NCBI GenBank assembly: GCA_012519745.1
Contig: JAAYPO010000011.1
Span: 21,541 to 85,540 of the forward strand
Reading direction: 5' to 3'
DNA from: Clostridiaceae bacterium
GTDB lineage: Bacteria; Bacillota; Clostridia; Acetivibrionales; DTU013
DNA: 64,000 nucleotides
Shown: positions 36,247 to 47,503 of the stretch, in pieces
Position numbering within the stretch: position 1 is the first letter of the stretch
How the letters are laid out: every line of letters starts with the position of its first letter
The notes under the pieces: generated by a model
Told to the model about the DNA's origin: nothing
Seen by the model: the letters and a program-made list of their open reading frames with translations, nothing else
Database searches by the model: none
Translations under genes and position numbers: made by a program

Positions 36247-36843
36247 ATGGACACTGTATATTTAGATTATCTGAAGCTCGTTCTGTTTGTGACCGCAGGC
36301 GCAGTGATGGTTTCGGGGCTGCTGTTCATCACCGTCAAACGCCAGAAGCAGGGCAGAGCAGACAGGGCTGGCAAAAGTGGAGGGCGGAGCGCCGGCAGTG
36401 CCCGGACCCGGGTCGACGGCGGAAATGTCAGCATCTTCTTTGATAAAAGACGCAATGCGATACTGATACCTTATGTGCCAGACAAATACGGGTCGGGAAA
36501 AGCAACCGCCGGCATTATATGGCTCGATATGCCTTACAGGCCGGATGCACTTGGAAGAGAGGTAAAAGCAGCAATGGCATCCTGTAAAAACGCGGAGCCT
36601 GCCGATAATGCGGAATTGATGGACAGGCTTGGGGCGCGTGGCTGGAAGGAGTTTACCGAAGGAAAGCTGAGCGTGTCTGTATACTATAAGGAGAACAAGG
36701 GTATCCTGATGAATTCCACGGTAAGGACGCCGGAAGGAGCATATGTTTTCACTGTCAGAGGCCATGAGATATGCCTTCCTGCGGATGCTGACCACAGCAG
36801 CCTCGGAGAGGGGATACTGGAGCTTTTGAAAAAATGCAGGTAG
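36247..36843 (+). CDS. Hypothetical membrane-anchored protein, GC-richer than its surroundings
   Basis: GGAGGG RBS, one TM segment, an R/G-rich linker and a globular domain of about 130 aa. Locally high G+C generates a long spurious antisense ORF (36262-36795). Confidence 0.55.
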   Translation: MDTVYLDYLKLVLFVTAGAVMVSGLLFITVKRQKQGRADRAGKSGGRSAGSARTRVDGGNVSIFFDKRRNAILIPYVPDKYGSGKATAGIIWLDMPYRPDALGREVKAAMASCKNAEPADNAELMDRLGARGWKEFTEGKLSVSVYYKENKGILMNSTVRTPEGAYVFTVRGHEICLPADADHSSLGEGILELLKKCR

Positions 36844-36935
36844 CCGGTGATCTTCCGGAATTAAGGTAATCTTAAGAATCCGTAAAGTATACCTAAAGCT
36901 TAAACCTTTATGATCATATCATGGAGGTGGAAGCA

Positions 36936-37652
36936 ATGAAAATACTTGAATGTCGTGAGCTCGTCAAGAAATACGGCGGCACCGAGGCAGTGGCAGGCCT
37001 TTCCTTCAGTGTGGAGAAGGGGGAGGTGCTGGGGCTTCTCGGACCCAACGGGGCAGGCAAAACGACGACAATAAAGATGATACTTGGGCTTACAAGGCCC
37101 ACGGGCGGGGATGTGACCATCGACAGAGAGACAAGGATCGGTTACTCTCCTGAAACTCCATATTTCCATCCCTTTCTCACAGGGTGCGAGGTCCTTCGCT
37201 TTTATTCAAGGCTGCAAAGGCTTGATAAGGAAAAAGCCGAACCGCAGATCCGCAGGCTTCTGGAACTCACCGGATTGTCCGATGCAGAGGACAAAAGGAT
37301 AAAGAATTATTCAAAGGGCATGCTGCAGAGGCTTGCGTTTGGTCAGGCACTTCTGGGGGATCCCGATCTGCTCATACTGGATGAACCTACCTCCGGACTT
37401 GATGCTGTCGGCAGGATAGAGATGCTGCAGTTGGTAAGTGAGCTGAAGAGTAAAGGGAAAACCATCATATTCAATTCTCATATCTTAAGTGATGTTGAAA
37501 AAATCGCAGACAGAACAATATTCATAACAAACGGCAGACTTGCGGGGCAGGTGTCAAGGAGCGAACTATGCGGCACAAGCCTGGAGGAGCTGTTTGTAAA
37601 AACTGTGGGAGGTGCGGGACATGCTTGCTCTGATGCGCAATACATTCAATGA
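36936..37652 (+). CDS. ABC transporter ATP-binding protein (ABC-2 subfamily)
   Basis: Walker A GPNGAGKTT, signature-like YSKGMLQRL, Walker B LLILDEPTSGLD. ATG at 36936 after GGAGGTGG. Confidence 0.9.
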   Translation: MKILECRELVKKYGGTEAVAGLSFSVEKGEVLGLLGPNGAGKTTTIKMILGLTRPTGGDVTIDRETRIGYSPETPYFHPFLTGCEVLRFYSRLQRLDKEKAEPQIRRLLELTGLSDAEDKRIKNYSKGMLQRLAFGQALLGDPDLLILDEPTSGLDAVGRIEMLQLVSELKSKGKTIIFNSHILSDVEKIADRTIFITNGRLAGQVSRSELCGTSLEELFVKTVGGAGHACSDAQYIQ

Positions 37653-38379
37653 GAGGATCCGCAGCAGGACCTTTTATGTGGTAGGGATCATCGGCATGGT
37701 AATAATGCTCCTGATCACTACGGGAAACGGGAATCTGACGATAAACGGCAAAAAGGTATCGGGTTTTGAGCCGATGGTCCCGGTAGCCCTGTCGATAATA
37801 GGCTTTGTATCAAGCCTGCTGGCAGTCATGGTGTCTTTGCAGACCATTCCGAATGAATTTGAGAGAAAGACTACACATCTTGTACTCATAAGAGGCATCA
37901 AGCCCTGGCAGTATATGTTTTCACTTACCGCAGGCAATATGCTTGCAAGTGTTTTCTGTATGCTGTCGCTATACGTATCATTGCTCATTTTTACCGCCGC
38001 TCACGGAAAAATCGGGCTGTTTTTGCCCACCTTCCTTTGTATTGCGATAATGAGCATCAATACTATGCTCCTTAGCGCGGCTGTCAGCTTGTTGAGCATT
38101 AAGCTGCCGGTATACATAACGGGTATCCTTGGCCTGGTCATATATGTAATGGGGGTACTGCATGGTGTTCTGGATACCCTTGCAGGAACCACACAAGGAT
38201 TTGGAAGAGTATTGGCGGATGCGGCACTGTTTATTGTCCCTGATTTTTCTGCAGTACAGCAGCAGGCATCCAATGTGCTGATATGGATGCCCCTGGATCC
38301 AAAACCCTTACTTGTATCGCTGCTGCAGCTGTACGTCATTTTATCACTTACATTTGTTGTTTTCCGAAGGGAGGTTTGA
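37621..38379 (+). CDS. ABC-2 type transporter permease
   Basis: About 6 TM helices, overlapping the ATPase gene end. Start at ATG 37621 after GGGAGGTG. Confidence 0.75.
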   Translation: MLALMRNTFNERIRSRTFYVVGIIGMVIMLLITTGNGNLTINGKKVSGFEPMVPVALSIIGFVSSLLAVMVSLQTIPNEFERKTTHLVLIRGIKPWQYMFSLTAGNMLASVFCMLSLYVSLLIFTAAHGKIGLFLPTFLCIAIMSINTMLLSAAVSLLSIKLPVYITGILGLVIYVMGVLHGVLDTLAGTTQGFGRVLADAALFIVPDFSAVQQQASNVLIWMPLDPKPLLVSLLQLYVILSLTFVVFRREV

Positions 38380-38380
38380 C

Positions 38381-39400
38381 ATGAAGACTTTTAAAATAAT
38401 ATATATAATCATAGGCGTCATGCTTGCAGCAGGTGTATTGATATCCTCTTTGGCGGGACTGCCCGAGAAGGATCGTGAGCTATATGAAACAGCTTGCTCG
38501 CTGGAGGACGGCAGAACGGACAGTATCTGGCCCGGCCTTGGTATAAGCGATTACCCTGTGGCGCTGCGGAAGGGAAATACCGAATATGTGCTGTTTAACG
38601 GCAGTGTAGATAAAAGGAGGCCCGTTTTGCCTGTCATTGCATGCACCGCATACCCGGCGGGTGATACCATCAATGTGTTCATGCCCTGTAAATCAGTAAT
38701 GGACTCCCTTGGACAAATAGTGGAAGGCTTCTCGTCAGGCAGTGAAAGCTTCCTGATCGGACAGTTCTCCATTGAAAGCAAAAGGATGTCTGACAACCAA
38801 TATGTTGCATTGCTGTATCATGAAACGATGCATGCCCTTCAACTGAGCCGCTATGAGGATCTGCTGACAGAAATGGCTGACTGGGGAGAAGAGGACGTAG
38901 AAGAGATGATGGCAGAGCTTGAATCGGATTCCTCGATACAGGCATTATACAAGGAACAGTCAGAGCTTTTGTATCGGCTGGTCATATCGGAGGAGATAGT
39001 ACCTGATGCTGATGATATCCGGGAGTACATCAAGACAAGAGAGGAGACGCTGGAGGTATTTCGCCGCCATGCCGGGGACCGGCAGGGTGATATGATCGGC
39101 GCATATATCGATATGACAGAGCTGCTGGAGGGAACGGCTTCTTATGTGGAAGCGAAAACAGCCCTGGCACTGAACGACAGTGAGCTGTATGAGCAATATT
39201 TGTCATCCTTGCAGGAAACACTGCCCGGAAGGGAGAAATATTACAAGAGCGGCATGGGCATATGCCTGCTGCTTGATAGGATGAGCCCGGGATGGAAGGA
39301 CGAGCTGTTTGGCCATGGCCTGACTTTGGCCGGGATGCTGGAAAAAGCTGCGGAGGTTTCCGATGATGGAGGAAAAGAAGTATACGATACTGCTGGCTGA
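38381..39400 (+). CDS. Membrane-anchored HExxH protein, MA-clan metallopeptidase-like
   Basis: N-terminal TM segment, HETMH zinc motif and a downstream LEGTASYVE (a candidate third-ligand Glu, as in Peptidase_MA-like families). The start lies 1 nt after the permease stop. Confidence 0.6.
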   Translation: MKTFKIIYIIIGVMLAAGVLISSLAGLPEKDRELYETACSLEDGRTDSIWPGLGISDYPVALRKGNTEYVLFNGSVDKRRPVLPVIACTAYPAGDTINVFMPCKSVMDSLGQIVEGFSSGSESFLIGQFSIESKRMSDNQYVALLYHETMHALQLSRYEDLLTEMADWGEEDVEEMMAELESDSSIQALYKEQSELLYRLVISEEIVPDADDIREYIKTREETLEVFRRHAGDRQGDMIGAYIDMTELLEGTASYVEAKTALALNDSELYEQYLSSLQETLPGREKYYKSGMGICLLLDRMSPGWKDELFGHGLTLAGMLEKAAEVSDDGGKEVYDTAG

Positions 39401-40082
39401 TGATGAGAGGGAGATCGTCGACATATTGAGCCTTTATCTTGAAAATGCCGGATTCAATGTGATATGTGCATATGACGGCAGGGAAGCTTCGGACGTGCTC
39501 CGGAAACCGGATGTAAGGGTGGATGCTGCCATACTGGACATCATGATGCCGAAAATGGACGGATACACGCTTGTGAAGGAAATACGCAAGGACAGCAGCA
39601 TACCGATACTGATCCTGTCGGCCAGGAGCGATGACAGCGGCAAGATACTCGGACTTGATCTTGGGGCCGACGATTATATTACAAAACCCTTTAACCCGCT
39701 GGAGATCACTGCGAGGGTGCAGGCACAGCTTCGGAGATATTACAGGCTGAATGCTGCCGCTGCAGTGACGTCTGATAGGATAAAGGCAGGAGAACTGGAG
39801 CTTGACAAAGCAAGCTGCAGTCTTTCAAAAAACGGCACCGATATACCATTGACTGCCATAGAGTTCAAAATACTGAGGCTGCTGATGGAGAACCGCGGTA
39901 AGGTATTCACCAAAAGCCGCATATATGAGCATGTGTGGGACGGAGGTTTTTATGAAAGCGACGACAATACCATCATGGTGCACATCAGCAGACTCAGGGA
40001 TAAGATAGAAAATGACCCGAGAAATCCCGAATACCTGAAAACCATCAGAGGACTTGGCTACAGATTTGAAAAGGGGAAATGA
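39363..40082 (+). CDS. OmpR/PhoB-family response regulator
   Basis: ILLADDE...ILDIMMPKMDG...ILSARS receiver and RGLGYRF winged helix. It overlaps the upstream gene. Confidence 0.9.
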   Translation: MMEEKKYTILLADDEREIVDILSLYLENAGFNVICAYDGREASDVLRKPDVRVDAAILDIMMPKMDGYTLVKEIRKDSSIPILILSARSDDSGKILGLDLGADDYITKPFNPLEITARVQAQLRRYYRLNAAAAVTSDRIKAGELELDKASCSLSKNGTDIPLTAIEFKILRLLMENRGKVFTKSRIYEHVWDGGFYESDDNTIMVHISRLRDKIENDPRNPEYLKTIRGLGYRFEKGK

Positions 40083-41500
40083 CTGTGAGAAAAAGAAACC
40101 TGCATGGTATGCTGATAAAGAATTATGTGATATTTGTTATCATCATGCTGGGAGTAGCTTTGCTTTCCCTTGTGTTTCTTAGTTTATCCCTGGCCGGGTC
40201 CATGTCGGATGAACCTTTTCCATTACTGATCGCCGATGCTGTGGCCAGGGCTGATTATAAGAGGATTGATATTTCCGATATCGCCTTGATTGGCGGCTGG
40301 GTCGAAATACTCGATGAAGAGAACAGAGTCGTATATGTAAAGGGGGATAAAAAGACAGCTGAGGAAAGCTACAGCAGCAGAAGGCTTTATGATATGCTGA
40401 GCTACCGGGGAACCGGCGGCAGCAGCAGTGGCTGGTTCTGTACGGCCAGCACTTTCAAAGCGGATGATGGAAATGAATACACATGTCTTGTGATCCTGCC
40501 GGAGGAAAATGTAGAGCTGCAGATAAATCTTATCAATGCGCCCCTGCCGGTAACCACTAAGTTTATGACTATATTTTTCATATCACTGTTATTATTCCTG
40601 CTGCTTTTTTCATTGAACATCTTCTTTTACAGCAAATGGACAGCTGCAAAGATAAGCAGGCCTCTTGACAACATAACGACTTCCCTGCGCCAGCTAAGGT
40701 CGGGCAAACTTGATACCCGCATGGACTTCAAGGCTGAAAATGAGTTTCTTCAGATCCGCGATGCATTCAATGATATGGCTGACAGGCTGGAGTCCGCCCA
40801 AAAAGAAAAGGCAAGGCTGGAGGAAGCCAGGAACCGCATGTTTATAGACATATCACATGATCTGAAGACACCTGTGACGGTTATTGGGGGATACAGCAAG
40901 GCGCTGGCTGAAGATATGGTACAGGACGAGGACAAAAAGAAGCGCTATATTGATACCATTCATAATAAATCACTGTACGTCTCCGGTATGATCGAGGATC
41001 TGTTCGAGCTGGCCAGGCTTGATATGATAAAGGCTGAGATCGCTGCTGAAGAAGCTGACATCGCTGAATTCCTCAGAAACATGGCAGCAGAGCACTACGA
41101 CCAGATAGAGGACAAGGGACTGCTGCTTGATCTTGATATACCTGAAGAAGCAGTCATGTACTCCTTTGACAGGAAGGAAATGACCAGAGCAGTCTCGAAT
41201 ATCCTTGGGAACGCTATACGCCACAATCTGCCCGGAACGACGATTTATGCCGGCCTGACCGATATATCCGGTCAAATAACCATCACCATAGCTGATAATG
41301 GAGCCGGTATCCCTGAAGATCTACGGGATACCATATTCGATCCCTTTGTTAAGGGAGACGCTTCAAGGAGCAGCGGCGGTACAGGCCTGGGGCTTGCCAT
41401 AGCAAGAAAGATCGTCGAAAGACACGGCGGTACTTTGGAGCTTGCCTATGATGAGGAGGGGTCATACAGGACAGCTTTTATAATGACATTTGAGCGCTGA
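40079..41500 (+). CDS. Sensor histidine kinase
   Basis: 2 TM plus HAMP, H-box SHDLKTPVTVI, N-box NILGNAIRHN, G-boxes DNGAGIP and GTGLGLAI. 4-nt overlap with the RR gene. Confidence 0.9.
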   Translation: MTVRKRNLHGMLIKNYVIFVIIMLGVALLSLVFLSLSLAGSMSDEPFPLLIADAVARADYKRIDISDIALIGGWVEILDEENRVVYVKGDKKTAEESYSSRRLYDMLSYRGTGGSSSGWFCTASTFKADDGNEYTCLVILPEENVELQINLINAPLPVTTKFMTIFFISLLLFLLLFSLNIFFYSKWTAAKISRPLDNITTSLRQLRSGKLDTRMDFKAENEFLQIRDAFNDMADRLESAQKEKARLEEARNRMFIDISHDLKTPVTVIGGYSKALAEDMVQDEDKKKRYIDTIHNKSLYVSGMIEDLFELARLDMIKAEIAAEEADIAEFLRNMAAEHYDQIEDKGLLLDLDIPEEAVMYSFDRKEMTRAVSNILGNAIRHNLPGTTIYAGLTDISGQITITIADNGAGIPEDLRDTIFDPFVKGDASRSSGGTGLGLAIARKIVERHGGTLELAYDEEGSYRTAFIMTFER

Positions 41501-41536
41501 TCCGGATATGGCATTTTTATTTTTTTAAGTCGAATC

Positions 41537-41565
41537 TTGTATACAATAAACGTTTTGTATATAAT
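41537..41565 (+). promoter_or_regulatory. Candidate sigma-A promoter for pta-ackA
   Basis: TTGTAT-N17-TATAAT. A second extended -10 (TGGTATAAT) lies at about 41586-41594. Confidence 0.5.
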
Positions 41566-41691
41566 AGACATGGCTTGAATGTTTGGTATAATCAGGTGTT
41601 AGAACCAGGTCATAGTATTGGCCTGCGTATACTTTTCAAAACAGGGCAAAATAAAGCTACATTACATTCAAATTCGAAAGGGGTCTTTTAA

Positions 41692-42684
<993 letters not shown>

Positions 42685-42714
42685 CAAAGCAAATAATAAA
42701 GGAGCATGATTGAA

Positions 42715-43911
42715 ATGAAAATTTTGGTTATCAATACAGGAAGTTCATCGCTGAAATACCAGCTCATCGATATGAAAAATGAAGCTGTACTGGCAAAAGG
42801 TCTTTGTGACAGGATCGGGATCGACAATTCCTTCATCAAGCATACAAAGATCGGCAGTGACACCATAGTGATAGACGGCGATCTGACCAGTCACAGAAGT
42901 GCTATTAAAAAGGTCATAGAAGTACTGACTGACAAGAATACAGGCGTGATCGATGACATGTCGGAAATATCCGCCGTAGGCCATCGTATAGTGCACGGCG
43001 GTGAAAGATTCCACGATTCTGTAATAATAGATGAAGATGTGATGCAGGCCATCAAAGACTGCATCGATCTGGCTCCGCTGCATAATCCGCCGAACATAAC
43101 GGGTATAGAAGCATGCCGGCACATAATGCCGGACACGCCGATGGTAGCAGTGTTTGACACTGCGTTCCACCAGTCTATCCCCCAATATGCATATGTGTAT
43201 GCAATTCCCTATGAAATGTATGAGAAGTATGGTGTAAGAAAGTACGGCTTCCACGGGACATCCCACAAATATGTTGCCCAGCGTGCGGCGGCCATGCTTG
43301 GAAGGCCCATTGAAGAACTGAAAATCATCACCTGTCACCTGGGTAACGGAGCCAGCATATGCGCAGTCCAATATGGGAAATCCGTTGAGACAAGTATGGG
43401 CTTCACGCCGCTGGACGGTTTGGCTATGGGAACCAGAAGCGGTACTATAGACCCGGCGGTGGTCAAGTATCTCATGGAGACAAAGAAGATGAGCCTGAAG
43501 GAAATAGATGAATACCTCAACAAAAAATCAGGTGTACTTGGCATATCAGGAGTGAGCAGCGATTTCAGAGATCTTGAGACGGCTGTCGACGAAGGAAATG
43601 AAAGGGCAAAGCTGGCCCTTGCGATATTCTGCTACAGAGTCAAAAAATACATCGGAAAGTATGCCGCCGTTATGAACGGTGCAGATGCCGTTGTGTTTAC
43701 TGCCGGAATAGGTGAAAACAATCCTCTGGTAAGGGATTTATCAACCAAGGACATGGAATTCTTTGGCATTGGCATCGATCCTGAAAAGAACAAGGTCAGG
43801 GGTATTGAAATGGACATCAGCACACCGGAAGCAAAGGTGAGGACCCTTGTCATACCTACCAACGAGGAGCTTGCTATAGCAAGGGAAACACTGAAGCTGA
43901 CAGCCAAATAA
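42715..43911 (+). CDS. ackA: Acetate kinase
   Basis: [33 protein letters not shown], and a TAGIGEN motif. Confidence 0.95.
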   Translation: MKILVINTGSSSLKYQLIDMKNEAVLAKGLCDRIGIDNSFIKHTKIGSDTIVIDGDLTSHRSAIKKVIEVLTDKNTGVIDDMSEISAVGHRIVHGGERFHDSVIIDEDVMQAIKDCIDLAPLHNPPNITGIEACRHIMPDTPMVAVFDTAFHQSIPQYAYVYAIPYEMYEKYGVRKYGFHGTSHKYVAQRAAAMLGRPIEELKIITCHLGNGASICAVQYGKSVETSMGFTPLDGLAMGTRSGTIDPAVVKYLMETKKMSLKEIDEYLNKKSGVLGISGVSSDFRDLETAVDEGNERAKLALAIFCYRVKKYIGKYAAVMNGADAVVFTAGIGENNPLVRDLSTKDMEFFGIGIDPEKNKVRGIEMDISTPEAKVRTLVIPTNEELAIARETLKLTAK

Positions 43912-43916
43912 TTGCC

Positions 43917-43945
43917 TTGACATTGCTGGTATTAGTTAGTATAAT
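43917..43945 (+). promoter_or_regulatory. Consensus sigma-A promoter for yceD-rpmF
   Basis: Perfect TTGACA-N17-TATAAT. Confidence 0.65.
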
Positions 43946-43977
43946 ATCATTTGTCGCGAATTCGAGGTGTATCGTTT

Positions 43978-44469
43978 ATGAAGTTTGACATTTCAAATAT
44001 TTTAATGAACAACGGCGCTTCGATGAAGCTGGAGTATGTTGGAGAACCCCCTGAAAGGGAGCCTGAGAAAGGCTGTATCATCGACGGTGACATAACCCTT
44101 TCCGGAACGCTTACCAACAATAACGGTATCCTGAGTCTCGACGGGCATCTTGATGCCGGCTGCAAAAGCGAGTGCTACAGGTGTCTTGGTGAGGTCAGGA
44201 AGGTGCTGAGGCTTACGTTGAAGGAGGATTTCATCAACAGCGCAGATGCCGGAGAGACTGAAATGTATCCTTTCGAAGGAAAAATACTTGACATAAGCAG
44301 GGCGCTTAATGATAATATTATTCTGAACCTTCCGATGAAGCATTTGTGTTCCGACCAATGCAAGGGATTATGCAGCAAATGCGGTGGAAATCTCAATGAA
44401 GTTCAGTGCGGATGCATCGACGATTCGATAGATCCACGCATGGAAGGTCTGAGCAAATTTTTTGAATGA
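43978..44469 (+). CDS. yceD: YceD/DUF177 family protein (large-subunit ribosome assembly accessory)
   Basis: Conserved position upstream of rpmF and C-terminal Cys cluster CSDQCKGLCSKCGGNLN. ATG at 43978. Confidence 0.8.
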   Translation: MKFDISNILMNNGASMKLEYVGEPPEREPEKGCIIDGDITLSGTLTNNNGILSLDGHLDAGCKSECYRCLGEVRKVLRLTLKEDFINSADAGETEMYPFEGKILDISRALNDNIILNLPMKHLCSDQCKGLCSKCGGNLNEVQCGCIDDSIDPRMEGLSKFFE

Positions 44470-44504
44470 TGGTGACATACGCTTTTCACAGGAGGTGTTA
44501 GAAT

Positions 44505-44690
44505 ATGGCAAATCCAAAACGTAAATGGTCCAAAGCCAGAACTGGTAACAGAAGATCCCAGTGGAAGCTTACCCAGCCCAATCTGGTAAGCTGCCCTCAG
44601 TGTCATACGTTGAAGGCTCCTCACATCGTATGCAAGGAATGCGGCTACTATGATGGCAGGGAAGTCATAAAAGAAGCTGAAGCAAAGTAA
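44505..44690 (+). CDS. rpmF: 50S ribosomal protein L32
   Basis: MANPKRKWSKARTGNRRSQWKL, with zinc-ribbon Cys pairs CPQC and CKEC. Confidence 0.95.
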   Translation: MANPKRKWSKARTGNRRSQWKLTQPNLVSCPQCHTLKAPHIVCKECGYYDGREVIKEAEAK

Positions 44691-44729
44691 TCAGCTCGGT
44701 TATTTGATATCAAAGGTATCGACGAAAGA

Positions 44730-44755
44730 GGCTGTCTGCTAAAGACAGCCTTTTT
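44730..44755 (+). terminator. Rho-independent terminator after rpmF
   Basis: GGCTGTCT gctaa AGACAGCC followed by T5. Confidence 0.8.
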
Positions 44756-44795
44756 GAGTATGCGGACGGATAAAGAAGCAGAAAGGTAGGAGCGG

Positions 44796-46148
44796 ATGGA
44801 AAAAAAGATAGTGATCGACAGGGTGCTGACCGACAGCGCAGCGACAGACGCGGGTATAGAACCGGGTGATATCCTGTTGAGCGTGAACGGACAGAAGATC
44901 TGCGATATATTTGACTATCGTTTTCTGACTGCAGACAGCGATCTTGTGGTCGAAATAGAGAAGAAAAACGGTGAGGTCTGGGAGATAGAGGTAGAGAAGG
45001 ATGAGTATGAGGATCTCGGGCTGGAATTTGAAGACCCGCTGATATCGGAAGCACGTCACTGCTCCAACAAATGTGTATTCTGCTTCATCGACCAGCTGCC
45101 AAGGGGAATGCGTGATACCGTTTATTTCAAGGATGACGATACGCGGCTGTCCTTTTTGATGGGCAATTACGTCACCCTTACGAATATGAAGAAGGAAGAA
45201 ATCGATCGTATAATCCGCTACAGGATGTCTCCTGTAAATGTATCGGTCCATACCACTGATCCGGAGCTTCGGGTCAAAATGCTCGGAAACAGATTTGCAG
45301 GAGATGTGCTCGATAAGATAAAGCAGCTTACAGACGGCGGGATAACAGTAAATGCGCAGATAGTACTGTGTAAAGGACTCAATGACGGCCCGCAGCTGGA
45401 CAAAACGATAAATGAACTGTCAGCGCTGTATCCCGGTGTCGCCAGTATTTCAGCGGTCCCGGTGGGACTTACTAAGTGGAGGGAAGGGCTTTACAGGCTG
45501 GAACCATTTACTTCCGATGATTCAGCAGAGGTCATTGAGCAGGTGTCGGTACATCAGAAGAGACTGCTTGAGGATCACGGCACCAGGCTGATATATCTTG
45601 CGGATGAGTTTTATATAAAGGCTGGTATTGAGCTTCCGTCATTTGATGAATATGAGGATTTTCCCCAGATCGAAAATGGTGTGGGGTTGATGACGCTTTT
45701 GTGTCACGAGTTTGACGAGTATCTTCAAAAGAATGCCGCTGAGCTTGACAGGCAATGGCCGGGACATGCTCCGAGGACTGTGAGCATTGCCACCGGGAAA
45801 TGCGCTGAAAAGCATATAAAGGAAATGGCACAAACCTTGGAAAAAAGGTATAATGGTTTGGAGATATCAGTACACGCTATAGAAAATGAATTTTTTGGAG
45901 AGAATGTGACAGTAACGGGTCTGCTGACAGGTCAGGACATATTGGGACAGCTGAAGGGCAGAGAACTGGGGAGTGAGCTTTTGATATCAAGAAGCATGCT
46001 GAAATCAGGCGAAGAGCTGTTTCTGGATGATCATACCGTGGAAGGGCTCAGCTCGGGCCTGGCAGTGAAAGTAACGATCGTTGAAAATGATGGCGCCGAT
46101 CTTATCATGAAGATCATGGGCATCAAGCAGATCAAAGGAGTGAATTGA
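44796..46148 (+). CDS. DUF512-type radical-SAM-like protein with N-terminal PDZ domain
   Basis: PDZ-like N-terminus (GIEPGDILLSVNG) and a CxxxCxxC cluster (CSNKCVFC). Conserved position upstream of der in Clostridia. Confidence 0.75.
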   Translation: MEKKIVIDRVLTDSAATDAGIEPGDILLSVNGQKICDIFDYRFLTADSDLVVEIEKKNGEVWEIEVEKDEYEDLGLEFEDPLISEARHCSNKCVFCFIDQLPRGMRDTVYFKDDDTRLSFLMGNYVTLTNMKKEEIDRIIRYRMSPVNVSVHTTDPELRVKMLGNRFAGDVLDKIKQLTDGGITVNAQIVLCKGLNDGPQLDKTINELSALYPGVASISAVPVGLTKWREGLYRLEPFTSDDSAEVIEQVSVHQKRLLEDHGTRLIYLADEFYIKAGIELPSFDEYEDFPQIENGVGLMTLLCHEFDEYLQKNAAELDRQWPGHAPRTVSIATGKCAEKHIKEMAQTLEKRYNGLEISVHAIENEFFGENVTVTGLLTGQDILGQLKGRELGSELLISRSMLKSGEELFLDDHTVEGLSSGLAVKVTIVENDGADLIMKIMGIKQIKGVN

Positions 46149-47474
46149 TTGGCAAAACCGATAGTAGCTATAGTGGGAAGACCTAATGTGGGGAAATCCG
46201 CATTTTTTAACTATATTTGCGGCAGACGCATCTCAATTGTCGAGGATACACCCGGTGTGACCAGGGACAGGATATATGCCGAGGCAGAATGGAGGAGCCG
46301 TAAATTTACACTGATCGACACCGGCGGTATAGAACCTTATGCGCAGGACAAGATACTCCAGCAGATGCGCAGGCAGGCTGAGACGGCTATTGAGATGGCC
46401 GATGTCATCGTGTTCATGGTGGACGCCAAGGAGGGTATGACAGCCACTGACAAGGAGATAGCCACCATGCTCCGAAAATCCAACAAGCCGGTGATCCTTA
46501 CTGCAAACAAGGTAGATAATATCGGAGATCCTCCGGCTGAAGTATATGAATTTTACAACCTTGCTATGGGAGATGTGATGACGGTATCTTCAGTCCATGG
46601 ACTGGGAATAGGTGATTTGCTGGATGCAATCTATGAATATTTTCCCGATGAGGATGAAGATGAATACGATGATGATGTCATCAAGGTCGCCGTGGTGGGC
46701 AAGCCCAATTCGGGGAAATCATCCCTTATAAACAGAATGGTAGGTGAGGACAGGGTCATCGTCAGCGATATACCCGGCACTACAAGGGATGCAATAGATA
46801 CATATGTAGAAGACGGCGAAGATAAATATGTATTGATCGACACAGCCGGTATCCGCAGACAGAACAAGATCACAGAAAATATCGAACGATACAGTACTCT
46901 GCGTTCTTGGACAGCTATCGAGAGGGCTGATGTATGTGTGATAATGATCGATGCCCAGGACGGTGTAACGGAGCAGGATACAAAAATCGCAGGCTACGCG
47001 CATGAACAGGGTAAAGCATCTGTGATTGTCATCAACAAGTGGGACCTGGTGGAAAAGGAAACGGGCACTCTTGAGGAATATCGAAAAAAGGTCGCCGAAA
47101 AGCTGAGCTTCATGCAGTATGCACCTGTATTGTTCGTTTCAGTCAAGACCGGTCAGAGGGTCCATAAGCTGCTGGAGCTTGTGAAGTTTGTGTTCGACCA
47201 GGCATCCCTCAGGATAACCACAGGCATGCTCAACGACCTGCTCAACGAGGCGACTGCAATGGTACAGCCGCCTTCTGACAAGGGAAAGAGGCTGAAGCTG
47301 TATTATGGTACACAGTCTGCGGTAAGGCCGCCGACCTTTGTCATTTTTGTCAATGACATTGAGCTTTTTCACTATTCCTATGAGAGGTATATTGAAAACC
47401 AGATAAGAAAGGGATACGGGTTTGAGGGCACTCCAATAAGATTCATACACAGGGAACGGGACAAGGGGCAGTGA
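46149..47474 (+). CDS. der: Ribosome biogenesis GTPase Der (EngA)
   Basis: Two tandem GTPase domains (GRPNVGKS and GKPNSGKS) plus a KH-like C-terminus. Confidence 0.95.
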   Translation: MAKPIVAIVGRPNVGKSAFFNYICGRRISIVEDTPGVTRDRIYAEAEWRSRKFTLIDTGGIEPYAQDKILQQMRRQAETAIEMADVIVFMVDAKEGMTATDKEIATMLRKSNKPVILTANKVDNIGDPPAEVYEFYNLAMGDVMTVSSVHGLGIGDLLDAIYEYFPDEDEDEYDDDVIKVAVVGKPNSGKSSLINRMVGEDRVIVSDIPGTTRDAIDTYVEDGEDKYVLIDTAGIRRQNKITENIERYSTLRSWTAIERADVCVIMIDAQDGVTEQDTKIAGYAHEQGKASVIVINKWDLVEKETGTLEEYRKKVAEKLSFMQYAPVLFVSVKTGQRVHKLLELVKFVFDQASLRITTGMLNDLLNEATAMVQPPSDKGKRLKLYYGTQSAVRPPTFVIFVNDIELFHYSYERYIENQIRKGYGFEGTPIRFIHRERDKGQ

Positions 47475-47503
47475 ATTATGGCATATAAGCCTGATACTGC
47501 CGG

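Noticed and set aside
41541-41560. Possible CcpA cre site (ATAAACGTTTTGT) in the pta promoter.
   Set aside because: Only the central AACGTT core is palindromic, and the flanking arms do not match TGWAANCGNTNWCA. It overlaps the promoter spacer, so I do not call it.
42745-43371. 208-aa minus-strand ORF within ackA.
   Set aside because: It is the antisense shadow of acetate kinase.
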